Below, in pieces: positions 1 to 12,685 of a stretch of 64,000 bases of DNA. A program made the translations under genes and the position numbers. The notes beneath the pieces are model-generated. The model searched no databases and had not been told where the DNA came from. It worked only from the letters and a program-made list of their open reading frames with translations. Position 1 is the stretch's first letter. The number at the start of each line of letters is the position of its first letter. Source of the DNA: Octopus vulgaris (lineage: Eukaryota); the NCBI GenBank assembly GCA_951406725.2, contig OX597820.1:74214001-74278000 (forward strand), given 5' to 3'.

Positions 1-120
1 CAGGGTTTGCCACCACCTGAGTCTCATGGAGCCTTAGGTGCTTTCGCTCAATAAACACTCACAACGCCCGGTCTGGGAATCGAATTCGCGAGTCCGCTGC
101 CCTAACCACTGAGCCATTGC
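1..120 (-). mobile_element. tRNA-derived SINE family B, 5' part (truncated by the window edge)
   Basis: Matches 4897-5035 (ctcaataaacactcacaacgcccggtctgggaatcga...ccctaaccact). The reverse complement has A/B-box-like motifs. Confidence 0.85.
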
Positions 121-166
121 GATCTTATCTTTATATATATATATATATATATAAAGATAAGATCGC
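119..166. repeat. Palindrome with 14-bp arms around (TA)n
   Basis: gcgatcttatcttt-(at)n-aaagataagatcgc; the arms are exact reverse complements. Confidence 0.95.
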
Positions 167-238
167 TATTTAAAATACCGATCTTATCAGGTGGCTAGCA
201 TGGGAATAAAAAACCTCGAGGGTAATAATTAAAATTAT

Positions 239-460
<222 letters not shown>

Positions 461-701
461 CGTCTGTCTGAAAACGTTCCATGCCCAACTCTAGCAGCAA
501 TTTGACTTCATTTGACGGTAAATACTGCATTGAAAAGACGTGTATGAATACAGCATCTTTGATGTTCTCACTGGAACTATGTTCTTCTTTCTTTGTACCA
601 TCGGCTAATCCGGCAATATACTGACTACTTTGACCGAACTCGGAACCATGTTGTTGGTAAGCAAGCAATTTACCAAACATCCACTCCTGCGCTGTATATG
701 C

Positions 702-732
<31 letters not shown>

Positions 733-1924
733 TGTATGTATGTATGTATGTATGTATGTATGTATGTGTGTGTGTATGTATGTATGTATGTATGTATGTA
801 TGTATGTATGTATGTATGTATGTATGTATGTATGTATGTATATATATCACTCTTTTACACTCTGTGATTTACCAAATATATATATATATTCTAAGTGAGT
901 GTGTGTCTTTGTATTCGTATTTGTCTGTTTGTCTCCACCCCTCCCCCACCGCTTGACAACCGGTATTATTGTGTTGACGTTCCTGTAACTTGGCTCGGCA
1001 AAAGAAATAGATATAATAAGTACCAGGTTTAAAGGATAGATTAAATATTGGATAGATTAAAAATTCCTCAAGGCGGTGCCCCAGCATAGCCGCAGGCTAA
1101 TGACTGAAACAAGTAAAAGACAAACGGTTAAAGACCGTTGGGAGACCCGTGAGAATAAATTGCATCCCTAATCAGGTTAACCTTTTGAAGGCCAGTTTCA
1201 AAAGGTTTCTCCCTTTCTCAGATGGATAGATTTCTTTTTGCATAGCACAAATAATGCCAAAAATAAATGATTTTGGTGGTAGTTGGAAGATCTCTCTTTC
1301 ATCAATAAGTCTGCAAAAAGACCAAAAAGAAAAACAAAAAAGGAAAAGAAAAGAAAAGAAAAAAGAAAGAAAGAAAGCACTTTAAAAGTGGACAATTTTG
1401 TAAGGTGATTACAATGAAGGAGGGTACTTAGAATGGTAACGGAAGGACTTCGACAAACTTTAATGATTGATTGAATGGCCAAACCAAATAAAGTAATTGG
1501 TTAAATGTTAATGAATTATTTAATAAGAGTAAAAGAGGTGAAACCGAACCAGTGCATGAGCTTATTATTAACGTAATGACCCTCCTTACGACAGTTCCCA
1601 TAGCTTCCATTGTTGTGATGGTGAAGAGTGTAACGCTTCGGGATTTTTCCTTTCGTCTAAGAAAGTGAAAGGGAAGAGAGTGAAGAAAGAAAGAGTGAAT
1701 AGAGAGCGAGTGGGAGAGACTGAGAGGGGGGTAAAGAGAGAGAGAGTGAGGAAGAGAGAGAGAGAGTGGGGAGAGAGGGGGTTGCTGAATATATGGCAAG
1801 CTGCAGAAAAAGAACATGATTTTGATAAAAATAGTGTGTGTAATAATATATTTTATTATTTTTTTCAATGCTTTGCTTTTCTTCCTTCTTTACTTTAATC
1901 TCCTTCCGTCTTTTAAAACTCTGG

Positions 1925-2157
1925 GAAGAAGAAGAAGAAGAAGAAGAAGAAGAAGAAGAAGAAGAAGAAGAAGAAGAAGAAGAAGAAGAAGAAGAAGAAG
2001 AAGAAGAAGAAAAGAAGAAGAAGAAGAAGAAGAAGAAGAAGAAGAAGAAGAAGAAGAAGAAGAAGAAGAAAAGGAAGAAGAAGAAGAAGAAAAGGAAGAA
2101 GAAGAAGAAGAAGAAGAAGAAGAAGAAGAAGAAGAAGAAGAAGAAGAAGAAGAAGAG
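1925..2157. repeat. (GAA)n microsatellite
   Basis: About 230 bp of near-perfect GAA triplets; source of the poly-E/K/R/F/S ORFs. Confidence 0.98.
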
Positions 2158-2605
2158 GAGGACAGGTGGTGGGGTTACTATCAATCAGTGCAAAAACTTT
2201 AGAAAAAGAAAGAAAAGAATGAGAAATAAAATAAATAAATAAATTACTCGACTGGCGAAAGGAAAGAAACCAATGGAAACCCTTCCAGCTGTTCACGTGA
2301 TAATCACCCTTTTACACTCTGTGATCTACCAGAAGCAAAAGAAATAAAAGTAACAAATATCAGGGGAAAATAGAGAGAAGGGAGAGAGTGAAGAAGAAAG
2401 AGGGAGAGTCCCAACTTCTCTTTGCATCTTCTACTCCGCCTTCCCCCCCCATCGTTCCTCTTATTTTTTTTTTTTATATTCCTCCATATTGGTTACTAAC
2501 CCCCGCTTTTTTTTTTCACTTTAAAAGCACAGACGTACATAAAGGGGATACACACATATGCACATACGCAGCTGTTATTTTACAACTCATCCGTATTTTA
2601 CCCCA

Positions 2606-2637
<32 letters not shown>

Positions 2638-2769
2638 CCTGCATTTATATAATATATTTTTCTCTTTTTCTTTTTCGTGTCCTCTTTCTCCTCCCCTTCC
2701 TCGTTCCCTCCTTTATCTTCATACGCTTTGTCTTCTGCGCTTTTCTCTCTTACACCTTTCTTACTTCTT

Positions 2770-2831
<62 letters not shown>

Positions 2832-3374
2832 ATCACCCTACGTACTTTACTCACTTCTACTTCCACCACTTATGCTACTTTGCACAACAGAAGAAAATGG
2901 ATTGACGTGTCGTCTGGTCTTGTTTGGCTGTTGACTTATTTTATTACAAAAATGACTGAAGGTGGGAGATTTAAGCAGCCCCTACGACGTCACTCGACCT
3001 GCTATAACTAATAGCTAAACTCTCCCAAATCAAACACAACAACCGTGAAAAAAAAGAACAAAAAAGGATAATAATGGCGTATGGTCTTGCATGGCTTACT
3101 TTTTTTACCTTTCACTTGTTTCGTTCATTAGACTGCGGCCATGCTGGAGCACCGCCTTGAAGTGATTTTAGTCGAATAAATGAACCCAATTACTTATTTT
3201 TTGTTCTCTTTCTTTAAGCTCGGTATTTATTCTATCGATCTATTTACCGAACTGCTAGGTTACGGTTGTCAAGTGATGGTGGGGGTACAAACAGTGACAC
3301 AGACACATCTCCCCCCTCATATAGTTATGGTATACTATTCCATATTTTTGAGATTTCTCTCTTTACTCTTTTAC

Positions 3375-3584
3375 ACTTTTACTTGTTTCAGTTATTTGAC
3401 TGTGGCCATGCTGGAGCACCGCCTTTAGTCAAGTAAATCGACCCCAGGACTTATTCTTTGTAAGACTAGTACTTATTTTATCCGTTTCTTTTTGTCTTTT
3501 GCCGAACCGCTAAGTTACGGGGACATAGACACACCACCATCGGTTGTCAAGCGATGTTGGGGGAACAAACACAGACACACAAAC

Positions 3585-3620
<36 letters not shown>

Positions 3621-4035
3621 ACACACACACACACACGCACGCACACACACACACACACACATATACGACGGGCTTCTTTAAGTTTTTGTCTACCAAATCC
3701 ACACACAAGGCTTTGGTCTACTATAGTCTCGGGCCGACCAAAGCCTTGTGAGTGGATTTGGTAGACAGAAACTGAAAGAAAACCGTCATATATATGTATA
3801 TATATATATTTGTATGTGTGTGTATATGTCTGTATGTCTGTATTTGTCCTCCCAACATCGCTTGACAACCGATGCTGGTGTATTTACGTCCCCGTAACTC
3901 AGCGGTTCGGCAAAAGGGATGGATAGAATGCATACTAGGCTTACAAAGAATAAATCCTGGGGTTGATTTGCTCGACTAAAGGCGGTGCTCCAGCATGGCT
4001 ATAGTAAAATGTCTGAAACAAGTAAAAGAATAAAA
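3375..4035. mobile_element. Two headless SINE-A copies joined head-to-head (- then +)
   Basis: 3375-3720 is the reverse complement of SINE-A and 3720-4035 is forward SINE-A. Junction: cacaaggctttggtcta|ctatagtctcgggccgaccaaagccttgtg. Confidence 0.85.
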
Positions 4036-4070
<35 letters not shown>

Positions 4071-4080
4071 CAGAGGGAGT

Positions 4081-4129
<49 letters not shown>

Positions 4130-4675
4130 CGCCATTAATTATGCAGATTAAAAGGAATGTTCTGCAATGAAAGAGTTAATAAGACTGAAACGTGATTGTT
4201 GCCTTCGCTCGTTGGCTTTCAATTGTTTTTATTCTCGAAGGTTCGATCAACTTTTTTTCGGAGCTTTCGTCCTTGCTTTCAGATTTTATATTTTGATCGC
4301 TTTAAGTGGGAGTCTGTGTTTACTAATTGCTCCAATAACGAAGGCCTACAAAATCGAAATGCTGATTTCAAATCTACAGTCAACTTTCTTCATCTTTTTT
4401 TTTTCCTACTGCTAATTCTCTGAATAATCACAGTTGTATAGTTCATCCGTAAGTAATAGGGCTGGTCAGCTGCTTTTATTATTTAATTCATAACACAGAG
4501 GAACATTTGCGAAAAAATGCTTATTTGAATTGGTTTTAACTGTTAGTCCTACCTAATTTGGTGGTGATGGGTTCAGAAATGCCCTCAGAAATTTTCTCTC
4601 ATCTCAAGTTTTTTTTGTTATACAGAGATTAATTTTTTTTAATCAGATAATGTCAATTTTGCCTTTAAGTGCAAT

Positions 4676-5045
4676 GGTGGAAGCACTCCGTCGGTTACGA
4701 CGATGAGCGTTCCGGTTGATCCGAATCAACGGAACAGCCTGCTCGTGAAATTAACGTGTACAGATACGTGCACCCTTTACGTAGTTCTCGGGGATATTCA
4801 GCGTGACACAGAGAGTGACAAGGCCGGCCCCTCGAAATACAGGTACAACAGAAACAGGAAGTAAGAGTGAGAGAAAGTTGTGGTGAAAGAGTACAGCAGG
4901 GATCACCACCCCCTGCCGGAGCCTCGTGGATCTTTTAGGTGCTTTCGCTCAATAAACACTCACAACGCCCGGTCTGGGAATCGAAACCGCGATCCTACGA
5001 CCGCGAGTCTGCTGCCCTAACCACTGGGCCATTGCGCCTCCACAC
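4676..5045 (-). mobile_element. Full-length tRNA-derived SINE family B with target-site duplication
   Basis: The reverse complement starts gtggaggcgcaatggcccagtggttagggcagcagactcgcggtcgtaggatcgcggtttcgattccc (A/B box). It is flanked by ttaagtgcaat (4665-4675) and ttaagttcaat (5046-5056). Other copies lie at about 6750-6955(+), 42377-42695(-), 45218-45365(-), 47955-48080(+) and 54343-54672(+). Confidence 0.9.
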
Positions 5046-5373
5046 TTAAGTTCAATACTGAAATAAGAAATTAACACAAACTAGATAGTACTTTTTATTG
5101 TTTAACAGATATATTACAAAAAATGTTTAATTACACCTATCAGGATAGATATTTCGTCACTCTGGAGCTTCAGCTACTCTTTGCTGCTTTGCTTGAATAA
5201 CTTGCATCACAACAGTCTCTTAGCAGAGGCCAGCAGTAGTTAGCCATCATGCTTGTGTTCCAATTAACTTGGTATCTAAATATATAACATAAACTCTTTA
5301 ATTACACATCTCAGGATATATATATATTTCTGTCAATCTGGAGCCTTAGCTACTTAAGGTGTGAACTTTATCT

Positions 5374-5965
5374 TTGCTGCTTTGCTTGAATAACTTGCAT
5401 CTCAACAGTTTCTTTGCAGAGGCCAGCAGTAGTCAGCCATCATGTTTGTGTTCTATCTACCTTAGTGTCTTGTCTCCATGGTATCGATGTCTTGGTGAAC
5501 TCTTTCCCCTGGCTCGTCACTTATTGCACTATGATTTTCAAGGAAAAAATCCAAATGACTGTGCAGGAAATGCACTTTTACGCTCATGTTGCAGCTCAGT
5601 GCTCGAAAACTGGCTAACAGAGTCTGCACAAGTTCTTCATAATTTAATGACGTCCTGTTTCCCATGAAATCGGACACAACTGCTGCAAAAGCATTCTAAC
5701 TTCCTTTTTCAACGTCAGACATGGTCTCCAAAAACTGTTCGTTCTGCAATAGCCCTCTAATCTGTGGCCTGCCAAACACACCGACCTTAATTTTCTCATA
5801 AGACAAAGCTGGAAACTTTCTACTTAAGTATTTGAAACTATCTAAGTGTTCCAACACATATTTTACACACTATGTGGAGTGCCCCGGCTTTGTCTTGATC
5901 ACCCAGTTTCATGCCAAAGTAAGTGAGGTAAGCTTTCTTCACAAAATCTGTGGTTTTGTTTCGCT
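5374..5965 (-). pseudogene. Chapaev-like transposase remnant
   Basis: Minus-strand peptides KKAYLTYFGMKLGDQDKAGALHIVCKIC, then FKYLSRKFPALSYEKIKVGVFGRPQIR...GS*NAF...CNMSVKVHFLHSHLDFFLENHSAISDEPGERVHQDIDTMETRH, then MMADYCW. These resemble Chapaev3 transposase motifs as recalled. It has stops and a large internal deletion. Confidence 0.85.
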
Positions 5966-5989
5966 GCCTGGGTAAAGTGCGGGGTTGTT

Positions 5990-6040
<51 letters not shown>

Positions 6041-6172
6041 ACTGGTCATATTTCTGAAATACAAAATAGTTATTTCTTTAGTTCTTAGACAATTTTTAAC
6101 AAAAAGAGGTCTTGATCTATATGACATCAAAATTAAAACATTAAGAACGCATTCATGCACCAATTTTCATAA

Positions 6173-6610
6173 AGGCGCAGGAGTGTCTGTGTGAGAAGTA
6201 GCTCGCTTATCAACCACACGGTTCCGGGTTCAATCTCACTGCGTGGCACCTTGGGCAAGTGTCTTCTACTAAAGTCTCGGACGGAAATTGAAAGAAGCCC
6301 GTCGTATATATATATATATATATATAATACAAAATACACAGTCATATTGTGTACGTGTGCGTGTGTGTGCGTGCATGTATGCATGCGCGTGGGTTTATGT
6401 GTGTGTATGCATGTATGCGTGAGTGTGTGCGCGTGTGTGTTTGCCCTCCCCAACCATCGTTTGACAACCGATATTGTTTGCGCCCCCGTAACCAGCGGTT
6501 CGCGAAAAGACACCGATAGAAAAAGTACTAGTCTTAAAAAGAATAAGTCCTGGAGTCGATTTGTTCGACTAAAGGCGGTGCTCCAGCATGGCTGCAGTCA
6601 AATGGCATGT
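6173..6610 (+). mobile_element. tRNA-derived SINE family A (octopus OK/OR-like; exact family name uncertain)
   Basis: Head ggcgcaggagtgtctgtgtgagaag...gggttcaatctcactgcgtggcaccttgggcaagtg, an internal TA/TG microsatellite, and tail ggcggtgctccagcatggctgcagtcaaatg. Confidence 0.9.
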
Positions 6611-7023
6611 TTCACCTAGTTTGCAATGAGGCTTATACTTAACCAAATACAGCATGGGCGTATCTTCAAATTCCACAGATAAGAGGCACGTATTATGTCA
6701 AGGACAACAGAAACGTGTTGTTTATTAACATCCAATTGTAAAGAGGACATGGTGGAGGTACAGTGACCCAGTGGTTAGGGCATCGGACTCGCGGTCGCAG
6801 GATCGCGGTTTCGATTCCAAGACAGGGGCGTTGTGAGCGAAAACACCTAAAGCTTCACGTAGCTCCGACAGGAGGTGGTGGTGAACTCTGCTTTCTCTCG
6901 CTCTTTCTTCCCGTTTCTGTTGTACCTGTATTTCAAAGGGCCAGCCTTGTCACAATCTTCTGTTATAACCCCGTACCAAACCAATGACTTGAGAATGTGC
7001 GTGTGTGTTTGTGTATGTATGTA

Positions 7024-7070
<47 letters not shown>

Positions 7071-8249
7071 CTTTGTGTGTATGTATATCTTTGTGTTCCC
7101 CAACTTACCGCTTGACAACCGGTGTTGGCCTTTTTGCGTCCCCGTAATCTCGCAGTTCGTAAGGGAGACCGATAAAATAAATATCGGACTTTAAAATAAG
7201 TCCTGGCGAGATTTGTTCAATTAAAACTCTTCAAGCCAGTGCTCCAGCATAGCCGCAGTCTAATGACTAAAACAAAACAAATAACTAAATAACAAAATAA
7301 ATAGGATAAACCGAATTGACCAACGTAATTGCTCAACCTTCCAGGAACTGCAGTAAATATTTTCCCTCCATTCGCACCCTACTGTCATAGTTTAAAGATG
7401 AAAAAGAAAAAAAATATTGACAAACTGTATCTGAAAATCGGAGACAGGATGGTCGCAGCTGGAGCGCCTTTGATCTCATGTCTGCACGGTTAGGGCCGAA
7501 CTGAAGCTAGACAGCAACATAAGTGAACAGGGATTTATCACTTTCTCACAACGGGATATGTGTTTAGTCTATTGAATCGACACGCCGGTACATGACAGCG
7601 GCAGTTATTTTATTGCTTTCTGTCTTCTCATCTCCCGCCCTAATTTTCCACTCCCTAGGGCGATGAAAGGTAAAGATGAACCGGGCAATTTTATAAAACA
7701 CAGATATTGGAGAGAGACGAGTGGTGTCACTTAGTTTAAAGACAAGGGTATGCTTGATAGCTGAGCGTTAATTATTTTCGATTATTTAATCTCTTATAAT
7801 TAGTTTATTTAATCACTTCCGTTTATGTAATCACTAGAGATATGTAAAAAAAGAAAAAAGAAAAAGTTTTTTTTTTTTAATACTGTAAATTTAAGCACGA
7901 AATTTTCAATTAGCATGATGCAATTATTAGCAACATTAATAAAGCCACAAAAATGAAAGTCACTTAATTTCAGAACATTTTAGAAAAAAGTAATTAAACT
8001 TTAATATTCGATATTAAATAGTAGTAACTAGGTAAATCAATCGATAGGGGCAGACATAACTGCATGGTTAAGAAGCTCGTCTGGCCACGTGACTTCGGAT
8101 TCAGTCCCATTGTGCCGCACGTTGGGCAAGTGCAGCGCCTTGTGTGCCACGTTGCGCAAGTGTCTTGTACTTTAGCCCCAGGCCGTAAGCATGCAGAAAT
8201 TTGAAGTAATGCTTTGGTACAATGGTAAAATGTCTAATGTTTATAAATA

Positions 8250-8660
8250 GAGGAGTGGCTGTGTGGTAAGTAGCTTGCTTACCAACCACATGGTTCCGGG
8301 TTCAGTCCCACTGCGTGGCACCTTGGGCAAGTGTCTTCTACTATAGCCTCGGGCCGACCAAAGCCTTGTAAGTGGATTTGGTAGACGGAAACTGAAAGAA
8401 ACCCGTCGTATATATGTTCATATATATATATATATATATATATGTGTGGGGGTGGGTGGGGGGTGGGGGTGTTTGTGTTTGTCGCCCCCACCTCGCCTGA
8501 CAACCGATGGTGGTGTGTTTACGTCCCCGTAACTTAGCGGTTCGGCAAAAGAGACCGATAAAATAAGCACTAGGAATAAGACCTGGGGGACGATTTGCTC
8601 GACTAAAGGCGGTACTCCAGCATGGCCTCAGTCACATGACTGAAACGAATAAAAGAGTAA
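8250..8660 (+). mobile_element. Full-length SINE family A
   Basis: ggagtggctgtgtggtaagtagcttgcttaccaaccacatggttccgggttcagtcccactgcgtggcaccttgggcaagtg...tgactgaaacgaataaaaga. Confidence 0.92.
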
Positions 8661-8939
8661 GAGAGAGATAGGCTAATGACGAAAGGCCTTTGATTATAGG
8701 TTATCCCTCGTCGAACTTGACCTTGGCCTAAATAAAAACAATGACAACAACCATAACAGCCACTACGAGCCAACTAGGGGTTTAAGAGCAGAAAACTCTT
8801 TGAATATCAGAGGTGAATTGTAAGTGCATAAAGGACATGTCGAGGTACATCATTATTGGGAAAAATAATAAATCTTCCAAGATTCATTGTAAACAACAGG
8901 AGTAGGAAAACATCCATATATATTTTCTCTTTTCTTTTT

Positions 8940-9465
8940 CTTAGTTGTTTCAGTGATTTGACTGCGGCCATGTTGGGGCACTGCCTGGAAGAATTTTTAG
9001 TTGTATGAATCAACTCTAGCACTTATTTTATTTTAAAACCTGGTACTTATTATATCAGTCTGTTTTGCCGAACCGCTAGGTTACGAAGGTTTAAACACGC
9101 CAACACCGGTTGTCAAGCAGTGGTGCAGGACGAACACAAAGTCACACACACACGCGCGCACGGACACATGCACGCTCACACATGCATGCACACAGGCACA
9201 CACACACTCACACACATACTCACAAACACACACAAACATACACATGCACGCACACACGCATACACACATACACTTATAAATATATATATACGTGTGTGTG
9301 TGTGTGTGTGTGTGTATTACGAGCTTCTTTTAGTTTCCGTCTACCAAATTTACTCACAAGGCTATAGCAGATGACACTTGCCAAAGACGCAACGTAGTTG
9401 ATCTGAACCCTGAATCTTGTGGTTGGGAAGGAAACCTCTTACGGCACAGTCACACCTACGCCTAT
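8940..9465 (-). mobile_element. SINE family A, diverged
   Basis: Reverse complement of the SINE-A tail, middle and head, with an expanded (CA) interior. Confidence 0.8.
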
Positions 9466-9937
9466 TTATGAATTATATTGAATGAAAATATATCGTAATA
9501 GGCGAAGTTTACTGCAGTATTCGTGTCAGGAAACAGTATGTCTTATGAACATGCTGTGTTAAAAAATGTAATATGTATATATCAGAGAAAGACGGAACTG
9601 GTCCCTGCTGTGACGAATGCCATCGGCAGATGTACATTTCTCCCTTGCGGGGTGTAATCAATAATGTGTACTCACCCCCAATTTCGTCACAACAGCTTTA
9701 TATATAAACTGTGTTGCAGGTACCCTCTGAATAATATTCCATTATGTGCAAGAGAAGCAGAGTTAGTTTAAAGTAGCAATTTCTGTATCACACACAATGT
9801 AAATACATCGTGAATGGAAAAAAAAATACTGCGGTATTCATCCGAAGATAACATCTCTTCCAGTAGACGCGTTGCGTTTAAAAACTGCATATAAATCTTT
9901 AATTTTTCCAATTCATTGATATGTAACATATATTAAA

Positions 9938-10650
9938 CTAGCGACAGTGCCCAGTTGTGCTCCGGTCAATTAATTCTAAAATATAAACAATCACATGAAT
10001 TCACTACATTTTTGGATAAATTACTTTAAAAAATGCTGACGTGGCCCGGGAATAATGAGTCATTCAGAATTGTTGTTTACAAGCAGTTCTGTTTTTTTTC
10101 TTTTAATTTTTCTTTTAGAAATTAGTATTAAAAAATTACATAACCCACGATCAATATTCATATTAATCACGGTTTAGATCAATCTGTAACATGTACAATG
10201 CAGAAATATGTGCAGTTATTTTATTTAGAAGTATTTTAACAGTGAAAATTCTGTTGATGAGTAAACATATTTTATGTTCTCTACTTTTGATTTAAAATAA
10301 AAACAATTAACGTATTATATGTGAATCAAGAGACCTTATGTTACTCCAAGTTAGGATCATAGACCCTACTATACACACAAATTTGAATTATTAGCTTTCT
10401 GGGTAACTGAGAAGTAAAGGGCGTAGCCTTCTCTGAAGAGGAGACAACTATCTCCGAAACATATCTGTCAGAAAATTCCCAATTACTTTTGGGTTGATAT
10501 ACGAAGATTACGATATTTACAAAAGTACTGTAATTTCAGAACGAAGAAAGGCTTCCAAATAAATAACTGTAGATATTTCTACTGAATACAGCTCTCAGAT
10601 GTTAGGATTTGGGATTTGCTCAATACTAATAAATATCTTTTAAATATAGA
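9938..10650 (-). mobile_element. Candidate non-autonomous Helitron
   Basis: On the minus strand it starts A|TCTATATTTAAAA (10651/10650) and ends CTAG|T (9938/9937). A short GC-rich imperfect hairpin lies just inside the 3' end. Confidence 0.5.
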
Positions 10651-10689
10651 TACATATATGAATCTAGTTCAATATACATCTACAGATGC

Positions 10690-11360
10690 AATGCTTGGAC
10701 ACATCGTCAGTGTTGTAGCCTGAAGTCATTGGACGTTTCTGGTCTAACAACATACACCTTATACAGGCGACCCGACCTAAGTTGAACAAATTTAGGCCTA
10801 TGTTCAAGTGACATTCTATTAGTCATACCAATTATTTCTCTGTGTTCTTCATGGCTCTTCTATTCGCTCCTGTAATGCCCTAAGTTCCACTAACCTTACT
10901 CAGAACACGATATGCGAAACCTCGATAGCCAACCTCCACTGACAAACATCTCGTTCTCTGTCCATTCTTGAGGCAGTCTTCCATCAACTCCCAGCAATTG
11001 GTCTTCTTCATTTCCTTTCCATCTTCTCCTCTCAAGCACACTTAACCTCAAGATTAACTACCTTGTTGTCTTGGAGTCAGAGATGATAACTGGTCTCCGT
11101 TAAGGTCTGGGTGACACTTGCTAGAAACTTGCTGCTTCTGCACATCGACTTCCATCACCCAGTCTCGTGTACTGTGGAAAGTAATGCCTCAAGTCTATTC
11201 GTTGGACTCTCCCTCCTTGACAAAGCATATATCTTTGGCTCTAGTGATAACATTTTTGCTGTCACTGATCTCTTTGTTGGTCGCTTTAGTGTTTGTCTTG
11301 AGGAACTGGCCATATCTCCAGTGATAGCATCCTTCATCAAGATGAGAGCGAGGGTGTGTG
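10690..11360 (-). pseudogene. 3' remnant of a Hero-like (restriction-like endonuclease) non-LTR retrotransposon
   Basis: Minus-strand peptides DEGCYHWRYGQFLK...ICFVKEGE...RDWVMEVD and ELMEDCLKNGQRTRCLSVEVGYRGFAYRVLSK...GITGANRRAMK resemble the Hero-clade C-terminus (GRYRWRHDQVL, PVEVGCRGF). It has stops and frameshifts. Confidence 0.8.
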
Positions 11361-11392
11361 CATGGGTGTGTATTATATATAAAAACATACTT

Positions 11393-11427
<35 letters not shown>

Positions 11428-11724
11428 CACATAGATACATAACAAGGTGAAGAAAATAGCTTTCAAATACCAGAGACAGAATGAAATTGCGTTTTGTTGC
11501 AGGTGAAATGATTTAACATTTCGTTCCAGTATCTCATCAGTTTTTCTACGAGATAAATTGATGGCCCATCGCTCAACCCTTCTCCATTTCTAGAGAAACA
11601 CATGCTGCAAATGACACCCTACGACGATCCTGCTCACAGATCAATGTAACCAATTCCCATAAACAAAAAAAAAAAAAAGAATCAACTCCTGTTCTTAATT
11701 GGTACATTTCTACTTTTGGCAAGA

Positions 11725-12150
11725 TAGATTTCTTTATTGGCCACACAGGGCTGAACACAGAAGGGACAAAATACAAAGTAGAGCTTTACTTTTGGGGAAG
11801 AAGAGAAGGAAAAAAAAAAAGAAAAACGGGTCGAATTCCGATCAAAAGGGATCGTGAAAAAAAAATGGTGGGGACGATCAATAAGGATCGTGTAACGCAG
11901 AAATGTCAATGTAAAATGGGAAAACAGATTAGGTTTGTCCGTGGATAGAAAAGCCTACGGAAAAGACCACGAGAACCTTGGGCAATAGTGTCATGCAAAA
12001 AGAAAACGCATGACAATAAGTGGCTCTCTTTTTTCCTTTCGTCTTTTTTTTTTTGCCATTCGGTTCATAGGATTGTGCTCAAGCTGGCTCCGTCATTCAT
12101 ACGTGCCATCCTTACTACATTCACCCATCTTTTCTTGAAATATTCAAGAT
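11725..12150 (-). mobile_element. 3' end of a LINE (Tx1/L1-like)
   Basis: The minus strand reads EYFKKRWVNVVRMARMNDGASLSTIL*, followed by a pyrimidine-rich 3' UTR ending gccaataaagaaat. The clade assignment rests only on the short FxxRW motif. Confidence 0.5.
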
Positions 12151-12480
12151 AATAGACAAGTTGACGCTGACTGGATTTGAACCCAAAGCACTTAAACAAA
12201 TGCAGCTAGATAGTCTACCCGACAGTTTAGTGACTTGACCAATTCGCAGCGTCCTCGTTAGTTTATGCTATTTCTATCGACCATTCCACCTTTCTGTTTC
12301 TCTCAGTGTACAGCCAAAACAGAGAACCAGTGAGGAAATATTTAGAAAGGTAGAAACTGAAGGAATTTGAATTAGACACAATCAAACTTTTACCTTTTAT
12401 TATTTTTTTTGTCATTGGGCTGTGACCATACTGTAGCACCGCCTTGAAGGCTTTTGATCGAACAGATCGAAACCAGTATA

Positions 12481-12685
12481 AGGCGGCGAGCTGGCAGAAT
12501 CGTTAGCACGCCGACCGGAATCCTTAGCAGTATTTCGGCTGCCGTTACGTTCTGAATTCAAATTCCGCCGAGGTCGACTTTGCCTTTCATCCTTTCGGGG
12601 TCGATAAATTAAGTACCAGTCACGCACTGGAGTCGATGTAATGGACTTAATCCCTTTGTTTGTCCCCTCTATGTTTAGCCCCCGT
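12481..12685 (+). mobile_element. tRNA-derived SINE family C (Meta-domain-like), nested in a minus-strand SINE-A
   Basis: ggcggcgagctggcagaatcg...gttctgaattcaaattccgccgaggtcgactttgcctttcatcctttcggggtcgataaattaagtacc. SINE-A halves lie at about 12405-12478 and 12686-12790. Confidence 0.85.

Larger units (their letters stand above)
4494..5965 (-). mobile_element. Degenerate, internally deleted Chapaev-type DNA transposon
   Basis: Transposase motifs (next entry). A possible CAC terminus (cacagaggaaca) at 4494 is tentative. Interrupted by a SINE-B copy. Confidence 0.7.

Noticed and set aside
4975-5043. tRNA genes at SINE heads (also about 47955 and 52550)
   Set aside because: They have A/B boxes but no complete cloverleaf. 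The 4975 and 47955 heads continue into SINE bodies.
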